Virus record (IMG/VR): IMGVR_UViG_3300045988_182393
Coordinates: 1-64,000 of that record
DNA: 64,000 bases
Strand: one strand, 5' to 3'
From: a virus
Shown here piece by piece: positions 1-9,605 of this stretch (positions are counted from its first letter, which is position 1; every line of letters begins with the position of its first letter). A program made the position numbers and the translations under genes. The notes under the pieces were generated by a model that did not search any database, had not been told where the DNA came from, and saw only the letters and a list, made by a program, of their open reading frames with translations.

Positions 1-147
1 GCGGCCTTTCATCCCACGATTGAAATCGTGGGCTTTCCCGGCCTTCGTTTGGTAACTGCTCTGTGCGAACACTGAAAACCACAGGATTTCTTCGATGACT
101 TCCGGTTGTAGTGTATTTGATTGGACTTTCAAATTCTATTTTAGTCG

Positions 148-176
148 CACATATTGCAACTTACGGTTGTATTTGC
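148..176 (+). promoter_or_regulatory. Sigma-A-like promoter TTGCAA-17-TATACT upstream of the Y-family polymerase operon
   Basis: ttgcaa cttacggttgtatttgc tatact read directly. RBS GGAGG precedes the ATG at 257. Confidence 0.4.
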
Positions 177-256
177 TATACTAATAACAACCAATAACAA
201 CCAACAAGGCACAAATAACAACTAATAGGTGTTACCGCGAACCGAGGAGGCCAATC

Positions 257-1525
257 ATGGCAAGCGAAAGAACCATTCTTCATTGTGATATGAACTGCTT
301 TTACGCCAGCTGCGAGATGGCCTACAATCCAAAGCTGCAGGGAAAATCAATTGCGGTATGTGGTGACCCGGAAAGGCGAAATGGCATCGTGTTGACTGCC
401 TCGTATCCGGCCAAATGGATGGGCGTGAAAACCGGAATGCCTCTATGGGAAGCACAGCAGCATTGCCGAGATATCATCTTTGTCCCGGCACACTATGACC
501 TTTATACCAGATACAGCGACTATACCAGAGAAATCTTCCTGCGCTTCACGGACCAGGTTGAACCGTTTGGCTTGGATGAGGCGTGGCTCGATTGTACCGC
601 AAGCCAGTCACTTTTTGGGACAGGGGAAAAGATAGCCAAGAAAATCTCTGATACCGTGAAGGATGAACTCGGCATTACCTGTTCGGTCGGAGTCAGTTGG
701 AATAAAGTCTTTGCGAAATTGGGGTCCGACTATAAAAAGCCGGATGCCATCACCGTCATATCAAGGTCAAACTGGAAAGATATCGTGTTCCCGCTGCCTG
801 CCACGGACCTTTTGTATGTCGGGTCCAGAACGGGGAAAAAGCTGGCAAACTACTGTGTCCATACAATCGGCGACTTGGCGACTGCCAATCCGAATTTTCT
901 GAAAGAAAAGCTTGGAAAAGTTGGCTCCATGCTATGGGGATTCGCAAATGGCCATGATACGGGAGCGGTAGCGAAATATGAAGGCAGAGAAGCTCAGGCA
1001 CCTATCAAAAGCATTGGCAACAGTTGGACCACACCAAGAGACTTGTTCACGGATGAAGATGTCTGGATAGTTCTCTACCTGCTTTCAGAAAGCGTGGCAG
1101 CAAGGCTCAGAGAGAATCATTTCCGATGTCGAGGGGTAGAAGTGAGCCTCCGAGATTCCAGCCTTTTCAGCTTTGAACGGCAAGTTAAGTTATCTCAGCC
1201 AACGATGCAGGAAAAGGATATTGCGGAGGCAGCATACCAGCTATATAAGAAGAACTACCGATGGAGTGAGCATCTCCGCTCGGTCGGCGTAAGAGCCATC
1301 GACCTTCGGCCAGATACGGAACCAAACCAGATATCATTTGAGTATAGCGCTGAAAAGCAGGAAGAGATAGAGAAGCTCGAATCGGCTATCGACAGCGTTC
1401 GCAATCGATTCGGATACTATTCTGTACAAAGGGCTGTCATGTACAAGGACCGCTTTCTCTCTCATTGTGATGCAAAGGAAGACCATATGATTCACCCACA
1501 TGGGTATTTGCAGGAGAGTATCTAA
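257..1525 (+). CDS. Y-family (UmuC/DinB/ImpB-like) translesion DNA polymerase
   Basis: 422 aa. N-terminal LHCDMNCFYASCE...SIAVCG and FGLDEAWLD...SVGVS are typical IMS/UmuC palm motifs. GGAGG RBS. Confidence 0.9.
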   Translation: MASERTILHCDMNCFYASCEMAYNPKLQGKSIAVCGDPERRNGIVLTASYPAKWMGVKTGMPLWEAQQHCRDIIFVPAHYDLYTRYSDYTREIFLRFTDQVEPFGLDEAWLDCTASQSLFGTGEKIAKKISDTVKDELGITCSVGVSWNKVFAKLGSDYKKPDAITVISRSNWKDIVFPLPATDLLYVGSRTGKKLANYCVHTIGDLATANPNFLKEKLGKVGSMLWGFANGHDTGAVAKYEGREAQAPIKSIGNSWTTPRDLFTDEDVWIVLYLLSESVAARLRENHFRCRGVEVSLRDSSLFSFERQVKLSQPTMQEKDIAEAAYQLYKKNYRWSEHLRSVGVRAIDLRPDTEPNQISFEYSAEKQEEIEKLESAIDSVRNRFGYYSVQRAVMYKDRFLSHCDAKEDHMIHPHGYLQESI

Positions 1526-1528
1526 TCC

Positions 1529-1789
1529 ATGCCAGAACAAAGAATTAAAAAATATGTCGAGGTCATTGCCGATTTCTCTCCTGAAGGCATTTTGACACCG
1601 CAGACAGTCATCTGGGACACAGGCCAGAAATTTGACATCACCTGCATCTCAGAAGTATTGCCGCGTAAATACTCAAAGACCGGCGGCATTGGGGTGCGCT
1701 ATACCTGCCAGATAGGCAGAGCAAAAACAAACCTATACTACGAAGTGGATAAATGGTTCGTCGAAGCAAAGGAGGCACAATGTGAATAA
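1529..1789 (+). CDS. small hypothetical protein co-transcribed with the Y-family polymerase
   Basis: 86-aa ORF 4 nt after the polymerase stop. No recognisable motif. Confidence 0.45.
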   Translation: MPEQRIKKYVEVIADFSPEGILTPQTVIWDTGQKFDITCISEVLPRKYSKTGGIGVRYTCQIGRAKTNLYYEVDKWFVEAKEAQCE

Positions 1790-2336
1790 TAAATACCGAG
1801 AGAAAACCTGCTGCTTTGTCGGGCACAAAGATATTCCGCCAGGAGAACAACTTAAAATATTAGTCAGGGTAGAGCATCGGCTCATTCCACTCATTCAGCA
1901 GGGGGTCACCTATTTTGGCATCGGCGGTTCCTTAGGCTTCGATACCCTCATGGCAGACATGTTAATTTCCTTAAAAGCTGCGCATCCACGGATTCGGATT
2001 ATTGAGGTTTTGCCATTTGAGGGATACCGTTCTAAATGGAGCTTGGAACAGCAGCGGCACGCAAAGAAGATAGACAAACAGGTGGATAAGATTGTCTATG
2101 CGGCGAAAGAGCCAAGCAGGGGAGTATATCTTTTAAGAGACCGGCATTTAGTGGATTGTTCTGCCTATTGCATCTCTTATTGTACTAGAAATACTGGAGG
2201 CACAGCATATACGGTAAAATACGCTCTGGAACATGGCGTAACGGTGTATAACGCTTCCAGTTTCGACGTGAGCGCCTTGCTTCAGGCTCAGCCACTTGGG
2301 AAGAACGAACAGGAAGTGTCTTCGCACAAAATATGA
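1782..2336 (+). CDS. YpsA-like SLOG family protein (DUF1273)
   Basis: GTG start with GGAGG RBS. CCFVGHKD...YFGIGGSLGFDTLMADM...IIEVLPF parallels B. subtilis YpsA (ITGYKP...ILISGQLGVELWAAE...VITPF). Confidence 0.75.
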   Translation: MNNKYREKTCCFVGHKDIPPGEQLKILVRVEHRLIPLIQQGVTYFGIGGSLGFDTLMADMLISLKAAHPRIRIIEVLPFEGYRSKWSLEQQRHAKKIDKQVDKIVYAAKEPSRGVYLLRDRHLVDCSAYCISYCTRNTGGTAYTVKYALEHGVTVYNASSFDVSALLQAQPLGKNEQEVSSHKI

Positions 2337-2398
2337 GGGAGATTTCCTGGCATTTGGAAAAATACCCCTAGGACTTTGAGCTTTGCTGCACAAAAACA

Positions 2399-2432
2399 AG
2401 CCTCCGCTCTTTGGCGGGGGCTCTTCTTGTAT
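2399..2432 (+). terminator. Rho-independent terminator
   Basis: cctccgc-tctttg-gcggggg stem-loop followed by a T-rich run. Confidence 0.6.
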
Positions 2433-2564
2433 TCTCAAAAACGTTGAATTCAATTTCACTGAATTCCGATTCAGCATTATTTGGCGTGGCTCAGCTTAGC
2501 CCGGCAGCACGATGCCATGGCGGCCGAACACAATGATTCTCCAGAACGGAATTCTCGACGTTCG

Positions 2565-2582
2565 GTGCGAATCGTATATAAT
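2565..2582 (+). promoter_or_regulatory. Conserved element-specific promoter box GTGCGAA-N5-TATAAT
   Basis: ggtgcgaa tcgta tataat, 37 nt upstream of the phosphoesterase RBS. Confidence 0.6.
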
Positions 2583-2618
2583 CTAAATAGTAAACACAAA
2601 AAAGAGAGGTGAAGAGCC

Positions 2619-3344
2619 ATGAAGGTCTTAGTCATTCCAGATTGCCATTTGAAACCCTGGATGTTTGCGCAGGCAGATGCCATCGTGAAGAAGGGCATTG
2701 CGGACAAGGCCGTCTGCCTTATGGACTTGGCAGATGATTTCGGGGTACATGGTGATGCACAGTATCTGGAGACCTATGAAACCGCAATCGCGTTTGCCAA
2801 GGAACATCCAGATACTCTCTGGTGCTACGGGAACCATGACCTGAGCTACATCTGGGGAAAACCGGAAACCGGATACCATCCGGAAAAAAGAGGGCTGGTG
2901 TGTCAAGAAATTAAAAAGTTGACAAATACCTTGCCAAAGAAAAGTCAGCTTGCATATATCCACAAAATTGACAAAACACTTTTCATGCACGGCGGCCTTG
3001 CAAATCTCTTTGTTCAGCTCCGGGTAGCACCACAGAACCGAAAAAATGTTCTCGCGGCTGTCAAAGCTATCAACCAAATGAGTTGTGAAACAATGTGGGC
3101 AACAGATTCTCCTATCTGGTATCGCCCGCAGCTGTCTCCAAATCAGAATGCAAAACGTTTGTATCGCGGCGGCAAATATCTGCAAGTGGTGGGGCATACG
3201 CCAGTCAAAGAAGTACACTTGGAAGACGGAGTTCTTTCCTGTGATACTTTCTCGACCTATCGTGACGGAACCCCATACGGGTCACAGGCTTTTTGTATCG
3301 TGGATACCATTACTTTGGAGTTTGAGACAGTTAAAGGCGGATGA
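2619..3344 (+). CDS. Calcineurin-like metallophosphoesterase
   Basis: VIPDCHL (DxH), LMDLADDFG (GDxxDxG-like) and YGNHD (GNHD/E) motifs. 241 aa. Confidence 0.8.
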   Translation: MKVLVIPDCHLKPWMFAQADAIVKKGIADKAVCLMDLADDFGVHGDAQYLETYETAIAFAKEHPDTLWCYGNHDLSYIWGKPETGYHPEKRGLVCQEIKKLTNTLPKKSQLAYIHKIDKTLFMHGGLANLFVQLRVAPQNRKNVLAAVKAINQMSCETMWATDSPIWYRPQLSPNQNAKRLYRGGKYLQVVGHTPVKEVHLEDGVLSCDTFSTYRDGTPYGSQAFCIVDTITLEFETVKGG

Positions 3345-3374
3345 GTGCCGATAAAACAAGCGTTGAGAGAAACG

Positions 3375-3391
3375 GTGCTATATGCTATAAT
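3375..3391 (+). promoter_or_regulatory. Variant of the conserved promoter box (GGTGCTA-N-TATAAT)
   Basis: ggtgcta tatgc tataat. Spacing is 1 nt shorter than the canonical copies. Sits upstream of a hairpin-rich leader (aaagggacgtcccttt palindrome, cttacggag/ctccgtaag) before 3602. Confidence 0.35.
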
Positions 3392-3601
3392 ATTTTCAAG
3401 TTCAAGAACCACAGCCGATACAATCTCAACGAAGAGCTTGATACCTGCTTGAAACTGCACAGCAATAAAAAACAAATATCAAATAACAGAAATGCAGCTT
3501 AAAGAGAAAGGCTGCCATATAAAATAGCAAGAAACGTTTGCAAAAATAGCAATCAGCGCGAAAGGGACGTCCCTTTCCTTACGGAGAAGAACTCCGTAAG
3601 G

Positions 3602-4597
3602 ATGGGTTCTGGCTGCTTCCTGCGCTGCGCGGGGGTGGCACATCTGGGCAAACTGATTGACCTGTATTCTTATCCGGTCAGAACGGCAATGCGGTTTCTG
3701 CTGGAAGATAAGACGACAGGTGAAAATATAATCTGGGCAACAAACACTTATGAACGATATGGCGATGGCTATCGGCAGGATAATCAAATTACGCCGGAGC
3801 TGATTTCCGGGGTATACGCCAATCTTATCCAGCCGCGTATTTTGAAAGCAGAAGAAGAACAGGCGGCAAGAACGAAATCCAAAGCCGAGGTCTTTACGCC
3901 CTCTTGGGTCGTCTGCTATATGAACAATAAATGCGATGACGATTGGTTTGGACGCGAGAACGTATTTAATACACTGAACGGCGAACACTGGGAGCCAACG
4001 AAAGAGCCTGTTTACTTTGAGAAAGAACGGGATTGGCAGCGGTATGTTGATTCTCGGCGGCTGGAAATCACCTGCGGCGAGGCCCCTTATCTGGTGTCCC
4101 GCTATGATGCCGCTACGGGTGAAGGACTGCCGATTGAAAGCAGAATCGGGATTCTGGACAGAAAGCTGCGGGTCGTGAACGAGAACACCGATAACGAGAC
4201 TGACTGGCTGAAATGGACGCGGCGGGCGTTTGAAAGCACCTACGGCTACGAATATCAGGGTGACAACCTGTTGGTTGCGCGTATCAACCTGCTCATGACC
4301 TTTGTGGACTATATGCAGGAGCGATGGCGGCGGGAGCCGACTGCCAAGGAACTGAACCGGATTGCCAATGTAATTTCATGGAACATATGGCAGATGGACG
4401 GCCTGAAAGGGACGATTCCGGGCAAGGAACTGTACATATCAGACGACTACGAGCAGCTATCCCTGTTTGCAAGTGACTTTGAACAGGAAACGCTGTTCGA
4501 TGAGGCGGCTAAGCAGAATAAAAAGTACGAATGTAAAATCCGTGATTGGCGTGCTATGCGGACAATCACTTATAACCAAATGAAGGGAGAGAAATAA
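3602..4597 (+). CDS. N-terminal (motif X / degenerate motif I) half of a split gamma-class N6-adenine DNA methyltransferase
   Basis: KAEVFTPSWVV (motif X, xxFTPxxVV) and LEITCGEAPYLV (degenerate DPxCGSGxFL). Ends 6 nt before the NPPY-containing ORF, which lies in another frame with its own RBS. Confidence 0.55.
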   Translation: MGSGCFLRCAGVAHLGKLIDLYSYPVRTAMRFLLEDKTTGENIIWATNTYERYGDGYRQDNQITPELISGVYANLIQPRILKAEEEQAARTKSKAEVFTPSWVVCYMNNKCDDDWFGRENVFNTLNGEHWEPTKEPVYFEKERDWQRYVDSRRLEITCGEAPYLVSRYDAATGEGLPIESRIGILDRKLRVVNENTDNETDWLKWTRRAFESTYGYEYQGDNLLVARINLLMTFVDYMQERWRREPTAKELNRIANVISWNIWQMDGLKGTIPGKELYISDDYEQLSLFASDFEQETLFDEAAKQNKKYECKIRDWRAMRTITYNQMKGEK

Positions 4598-4602
4598 ACG
4601 AT

Positions 4603-5640
4603 ATGAAGTTCGATTATGCCATTGGTAACCCTCCATATAATGCTGACTTTTCTATTTCTGGTGACAATGGGAAGTTTGCGGCCCCCGTTTATAATCTTTT
4701 TATGGACGCTGCATACGGTATTGCGGATAGAGTTGAATTGATTCATCCGGCACGTTTTTTGTTTAATGCGGGAAGTACGCCGAAGGCATGGAATGAAAAG
4801 ATGCTTAATAATAAGCATTTTAAGGTTTGTTACTATGAGCCTGATTGCAAAAAAGTGTTTTCGAATACAGATATTAAAGGTGGCGTAGCGATAACTTATT
4901 ATGATAGAACTCGTGAATATGCGCCAATTCAAGTTTTCACTCCATACGAAGAACTAAATGGCATTTTGCAAAAGACCAGAAAGTATAGTGAAAAGTCAAA
5001 TGTTGGTGATGTCGGCATTTCTAGTTATGCTTATCATTTCACGCCTATAATGCATAGAGAGCATCCTGAGGTAAAGGCGTTCCAGAGCAAAGGCCATGAG
5101 AATGACTTGAAGTCAAATATTATAGCCAAATTGCCAATGATTTTCTTTAAGGAAAAGCCTGATAATAAGGACTATATTACAATTATGGGACGTTTAGATA
5201 ACGAGAGAGTATCTATGTTTATTCAGCGTTCCTATATCAATGTGGTTAAGAATTTGGATAGCTATAAGATTTTCTTGCCAAAAGCGAGTGGAGTTGGTGA
5301 GTTTGGAGAAGCCCTTGCCCCTGCTATAATTGCAATGCCAGGGGTTGGACACACAGAAACTTTTTTCAGTATAGGCAATTTTTCTACATTGCAAGAGGCG
5401 GAAAATCTACTTAAGTATCTCAAATCAAGATTTGCTCGTGCATTGCTATCAATCTTAAAGAAGACGCAAATGATAACGCCGAGCAATTTTAAATTTATTC
5501 CCCTTCAAGACTTCACTCCCAACTCCGACATTAACTGGTCGGCTTCCATCCGCGACATTGACCAGCAGCTCTACAAGAAGTACGGTCTTTCCCAGCAGGA
5601 AATCGACTTCATCGAATCTCATGTAAAGGAGATGGCATAA
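4603..5640 (+). CDS. Catalytic (NPPY) half of an Eco57I-like N6-adenine DNA methyltransferase
   Basis: MKFDYAIGNPPYNADF (motif IV) then PARFLFNAGSTPKAWNEKMLNN (Eco57I-family P..FL....K.R..LL block). RBS aagggagag. Confidence 0.75.
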   Translation: MKFDYAIGNPPYNADFSISGDNGKFAAPVYNLFMDAAYGIADRVELIHPARFLFNAGSTPKAWNEKMLNNKHFKVCYYEPDCKKVFSNTDIKGGVAITYYDRTREYAPIQVFTPYEELNGILQKTRKYSEKSNVGDVGISSYAYHFTPIMHREHPEVKAFQSKGHENDLKSNIIAKLPMIFFKEKPDNKDYITIMGRLDNERVSMFIQRSYINVVKNLDSYKIFLPKASGVGEFGEALAPAIIAMPGVGHTETFFSIGNFSTLQEAENLLKYLKSRFARALLSILKKTQMITPSNFKFIPLQDFTPNSDINWSASIRDIDQQLYKKYGLSQQEIDFIESHVKEMA

Positions 5641-5641
5641 T

Positions 5642-8600
5642 ATGAGCACCAAAATCGTCATCAAAACAACGGACCGCGTTGTTCCGATGATTTATGCCTA
5701 TACCACTCCTGAGATTGCCCGCCATAACGGTTGGACGAAAATCGGCTACACCGAGCAGGATGTAGACAAGCGATTGAGCCAGCAGACCCATACTGCCGAT
5801 GTGGAATACAAAGAAGAATGGCGCGGCAATGCTACATTCGAGGATGGCTCCGGCGATACATTTACCGATAAAGATTTCCACCGCTATCTGCGCAAGCTGA
5901 ACATTGAGAACGACCCCAAAAACGAATGGTTCCATGTGACGGGACCTGTTTCCCGCAACCACTTCTATGATTTCCGTGCGAATCGCGGTATTTTGCAATC
6001 GCTGACCGCCGCAACTCCGTATAATCTGCGTGAGGAGCAGGAGGATGCGGTAGAAAAAACGCTGGATTACAGCCGCCTGCATACCAAGGGTGAATACCTC
6101 TGGAACGCAAAGCCGCGCTTCGGCAAAACACTTACGGCCTATGAGCTTTGCAAACAGATGGACGCAGACACGGTCCTTATCGTGACGAACCGCCCTGCGA
6201 TTGCAAACTCGTGGTATTCCGACTACGAGAAGTTCCTCGGTCCCGATTCCGGGTATCTGTTTGTGAGCGATACCAGCTCCCTGCAGGGGAAGCCTTTTGT
6301 TGTGAGCCGCAATCAGTATCTGGATATGCTGAACAACGACGACTACAAGTGCATCGAGTTCGTCAGCTTGCAGGACCTCAAAGGCTCCATTTACTTTGGC
6401 GGTGAATTTGAAAAGCTGAAAGAAGTCAATGACATTCATTGGGATGTTCTGATTATTGACGAAGCCCACGAGGGCGTAGATACCTACAAGACGGATGTGG
6501 CGTTCGACCATATTGACCGCAACTTTACGCTGCATCTGTCCGGCACGCCGTTTAAGGCCATTGCCAGCGAAAAATTCAAAGAGGACGCCATCTATAACTG
6601 GACCTATGCCGACGAGCAGAAGAAAAAACGCGATTGGCAGGGTGACCAGAGCGAGCAGAATCCCTACGCGAATTTGCCGCAGCTCAATATGTTCACCTAT
6701 CAGATGTCCGAGGTCGTTCGGGATGAACTGAAACAGGGCATTGAAATCAACGGCGAGACAGAAGAATGGGCGTTTGACCTAAATGAGTTTTTTGCAGTCA
6801 ATCAGGCCGGAAACTTTGTGCATGACAGCGCTGTGGACAAGTTCCTTGATGCGCTGACTACACAGACTAAGTTCCCGTTCTCCACACCGGAATTACGCGA
6901 TGAATTAAAGCATACGCTTTGGCTGCTGAACCGTGTGGACAGCGCCAAGGCTCTAGCCCGCAAGCTGAACAACCATCCTGTTTTCAAGGATTACAAGGTC
7001 GTCGCGGCAGTGGGTGACGGTAGATTGAACGATGATGATTCTGCCAAGAAAGCGTTTGACAGCGTGACCGAGGCTATCGCCCAGAACGACAAGACAATTA
7101 CGCTGTCTGTCGGACAGCTCACCACGGGCGTTACGATTCCAGAATGGACTGCTGTGCTGATGCTGAGCAGCATCAAGAGTGCATCCCTGTATATGCAGGC
7201 GGCGTTCCGTGCGCAGAATCCGTGCTTGTTCCACGACAAAGGCAAGTTCTACCGCAAGGAGAATGCTTATATCTTCGACTTCGACCCTGCGCGAACCCTT
7301 ATGATTTTTGAGGAGTTCGCAAATGACCTGTATGCCAGCACATCCGACGGGCGCGGAGATACCGAAACCCGCAAAAAGCACATCAAGGAACTGCTGAACT
7401 TCTTCCCGGTCATCGGTGAGGATGAAGACAGCGAGATGGTGGAGCTGGATGCCGAAAAGGTGCTTTCTATTCCGCGAAAGATTCGCTCCACAGAAGTTGT
7501 GAATCGCGGATTTATGTCCAACTATCTGTTTCAGAATATTTCCAATATCTTCGGCGCTCCGCAGGAGGTCGTGGACATTATTACAAAGTTCACCCCCGTG
7601 GACGAGCCGAAAAAGCAGGAAGTCAAGAAAGAAGATTTGGACCGCGTCCATGTGGATGAAAACGGCGATGTCAAAGTAGATGAGGGCTATGTTATCGGTT
7701 TGGCTGATGACATTTTTGGCGATAAAATCTATGATACTGTCGGCGAACAGGTCACGCAGGCTATTGATAAAGTCGCCGTTGACAACCAGCCCAAGGATAA
7801 GGCGCTGGAAGCGTTGCAGGAGGCTTTCAAGGCGCAGGCTGTTAAACCCATCGTGGCTGCTGCCACCTCCAATTACGGCACGGAAATCAAGGCTTCGGAT
7901 GCCAAGCGTGTAGAGAAGAAGCTGGGCGAGGATGCGGACCGTTTGGTGGCGCGGACTTACGGCGACTATCGTATCGAAACCAACCAAATCGAAAAAGAAC
8001 GCCATGAGCAGTTGGCTGCTGCTGCGCCCCACGAACAGGCAAAAATCAATCAGGAATTCGACCAGAAAAAGGCAGAGGCTACTGAAAAGCTGAAAACAGC
8101 TTTGAATGATACGGTCAGCAGCTTCGTGGAAGATGCCGCCAAAGAGACTGTCCGCAGCTATGAGACACAAATCGAGGAACGCAAAAAGAACGATGTGGAA
8201 GATACCATCCGCGACCATCTACGCGGTTTTGCCCGCACGATACCGTCATTTCTGATGGCCTATGGCACAGAGGATACCACTCTTGCCAATTTCGACCAAA
8301 TCGTTCCCGATGAAGTTTTCCAAGAAGTCACCAGCATCACGCTGGAGCAGTTCCGTTTCCTGCGCGATGGCGGTGATTACAAGGATACCGCCACAGGCGA
8401 AACGAAGCACTTTGACGGGAAGCTGTTTGATGAAGTCGTGTTTGATGATTCCATCAAAGAGTTCCTGCGGTTAAAGCGTGAACTGGCAAACTATTTTGAC
8501 CCGGCGAACGAAAAGGACATCTTCGACTACATTCCGCCGCAGCGCACGAACCAAATCTTTACCCCGAAAGCAACCGTGGCAAAGATGGTATCGCTTTTGG

Positions 8601-8938
8601 AAGAAGAAAATCCCGGATGCTTTAATGACCCGGACAAGACCTTTATTGACCTGTACATGAAATCGGGCCTGTACATTACCGAAATCGTGAAGCGTCTGTA
8701 CCAGAGCGAAGGCATGAAAGCTGCGTTCCCGAACTCCAAGGAGCGGCTCGAACACATCTTTGAAAAGCAGGTCTACGGTCTGGCTCCGTCCGAAATTATT
8801 TATCGCATTGCAACCAACTATATTCTTGGGTTCTCTGAGGAGCATAACGGAAAGCAGTATAACTTTCGTATGTGCGATGCATTGCCTTATGCAAAGGATG
8901 GGACGTTGAGCGAAAAGCTGGATGAGTTATTTGGATAA
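5642..8938 (+). CDS. T5orf172 (GIY-YIG-like) + SNF2/ResIII-type SF2 helicase with C-terminal coiled-coil and a degenerate methyltransferase motif X/I module
   Basis: N-terminus IYAYT...KIGYT...R...NEWF (GIY-YIG/T5orf172). KPRFGKT (motif I), LIIDEAHEG (DEAH), LHLSGTP (III), TGVTIPEW (V), QAAFRAQN (VI). C-terminus QIFTPKATVAKMV...TFIDLYMKSGLYI resembles methyltransferase motifs X and I. Confidence 0.8.
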   Translation: MSTKIVIKTTDRVVPMIYAYTTPEIARHNGWTKIGYTEQDVDKRLSQQTHTADVEYKEEWRGNATFEDGSGDTFTDKDFHRYLRKLNIENDPKNEWFHVTGPVSRNHFYDFRANRGILQSLTAATPYNLREEQEDAVEKTLDYSRLHTKGEYLWNAKPRFGKTLTAYELCKQMDADTVLIVTNRPAIANSWYSDYEKFLGPDSGYLFVSDTSSLQGKPFVVSRNQYLDMLNNDDYKCIEFVSLQDLKGSIYFGGEFEKLKEVNDIHWDVLIIDEAHEGVDTYKTDVAFDHIDRNFTLHLSGTPFKAIASEKFKEDAIYNWTYADEQKKKRDWQGDQSEQNPYANLPQLNMFTYQMSEVVRDELKQGIEINGETEEWAFDLNEFFAVNQAGNFVHDSAVDKFLDALTTQTKFPFSTPELRDELKHTLWLLNRVDSAKALARKLNNHPVFKDYKVVAAVGDGRLNDDDSAKKAFDSVTEAIAQNDKTITLSVGQLTTGVTIPEWTAVLMLSSIKSASLYMQAAFRAQNPCLFHDKGKFYRKENAYIFDFDPARTLMIFEEFANDLYASTSDGRGDTETRKKHIKELLNFFPVIGEDEDSEMVELDAEKVLSIPRKIRSTEVVNRGFMSNYLFQNISNIFGAPQEVVDIITKFTPVDEPKKQEVKKEDLDRVHVDENGDVKVDEGYVIGLADDIFGDKIYDTVGEQVTQAIDKVAVDNQPKDKALEALQEAFKAQAVKPIVAAATSNYGTEIKASDAKRVEKKLGEDADRLVARTYGDYRIETNQIEKERHEQLAAAAPHEQAKINQEFDQKKAEATEKLKTALNDTVSSFVEDAAKETVRSYETQIEERKKNDVEDTIRDHLRGFARTIPSFLMAYGTEDTTLANFDQIVPDEVFQEVTSITLEQFRFLRDGGDYKDTATGETKHFDGKLFDEVVFDDSIKEFLRLKRELANYFDPANEKDIFDYIPPQRTNQIFTPKATVAKMVSLLEEENPGCFNDPDKTFIDLYMKSGLYITEIVKRLYQSEGMKAAFPNSKERLEHIFEKQVYGLAPSEIIYRIATNYILGFSEEHNGKQYNFRMCDALPYAKDGTLSEKLDELFG

Positions 8939-8958
8939 AACAGTATAGGAATATAGCT

Positions 8959-9001
8959 AAGCCGCCAAGCGAGTGAAATCGTTTGGTGGCTTTTCTTTTT
9001 G
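8959..9001 (+). terminator. Rho-independent terminator
   Basis: gccgccaa...ttggtggc stem then a TTTTCTTTTT run. Confidence 0.65.
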
Positions 9002-9040
9002 CTACGGAAAAGTAGACATTGTACTTGTCATGAGCTTGTT

Positions 9041-9095
9041 GCATACTTGCTACGAACTTGCTAAAAACTTGCTAAGCACTTGCTACGCTTCACCT
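9041..9095. repeat. Tandem CTTGCTA(M) direct repeats (5 copies)
   Basis: acttgctacgaacttgctaaaaacttgctaagcacttgctacg, followed by an inverted gaagcaagttc. Confidence 0.5.
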
Positions 9096-9556
9096 CGAAG
9101 CAAGTTCATTTTTTTGCGCGAAAGAATATCGGATAAGTGACGCTTCCTACTCGTATGACCGAAAGAAAACATGCAAAGACTCTACCATTCTGGTAGGGCT
9201 TTTTTGCTGCCCAAAAAGTTGGAAAAATGTCGCAAGCGAGCCGCTGAAACCTCAGAATTTTGTCGCAGCCTTTCCGAATATGAGATGTATCTCACAAAAG
9301 CGAAATGCGCTGCTTCGTATCTGTGGTGAGACAATCGGAACAGGCGAATAGCAAAATCTCAGCTGCCGCAAATGCTGTCAAGTTCAAATCACAACTCCCA
9401 AAAGTTTCGTTTGGGAAAGCCTGCATTAAAAGTTTCGTTCTGGAAAATGCAGAGGGGAAAGGAAAATGTCGAAGCATATATGCACTGATTTTCTTCTTGC
9501 TATTTGTGCAATCCGCTCAAATTGGCGATAAATATTCCCAAAATAAATAAGTCAAA

Positions 9557-9574
9557 GTGCTTTTGGTGTATAAT
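9557..9574 (+). promoter_or_regulatory. Promoter (GTGC-N8-TATAAT variant) of lipoprotein gene 1
   Basis: gtgc ttttggtg tataat. The whole upstream region is duplicated upstream of the paralog at 10797-10814. Confidence 0.45.
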
Positions 9575-9605
9575 AGCTCTGACAAACAGAAAAAAGGAGA
9601 ACACT

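Noticed and set aside
60-120. LexA (Cheo) box upstream of the Y-family polymerase
   Set aside because: Only a half-site-like cgaacact was found and no GAAC-N4-GTTC palindrome. SOS regulation cannot be claimed from sequence.
5609-8218. Long minus-strand ORFs (5609..6535, 6953..8218) inside the 5642-8938 helicase gene
   Set aside because: Antisense shadow ORFs with no RBS or motifs. The + strand gene has complete helicase motifs, so they are treated as non-coding.
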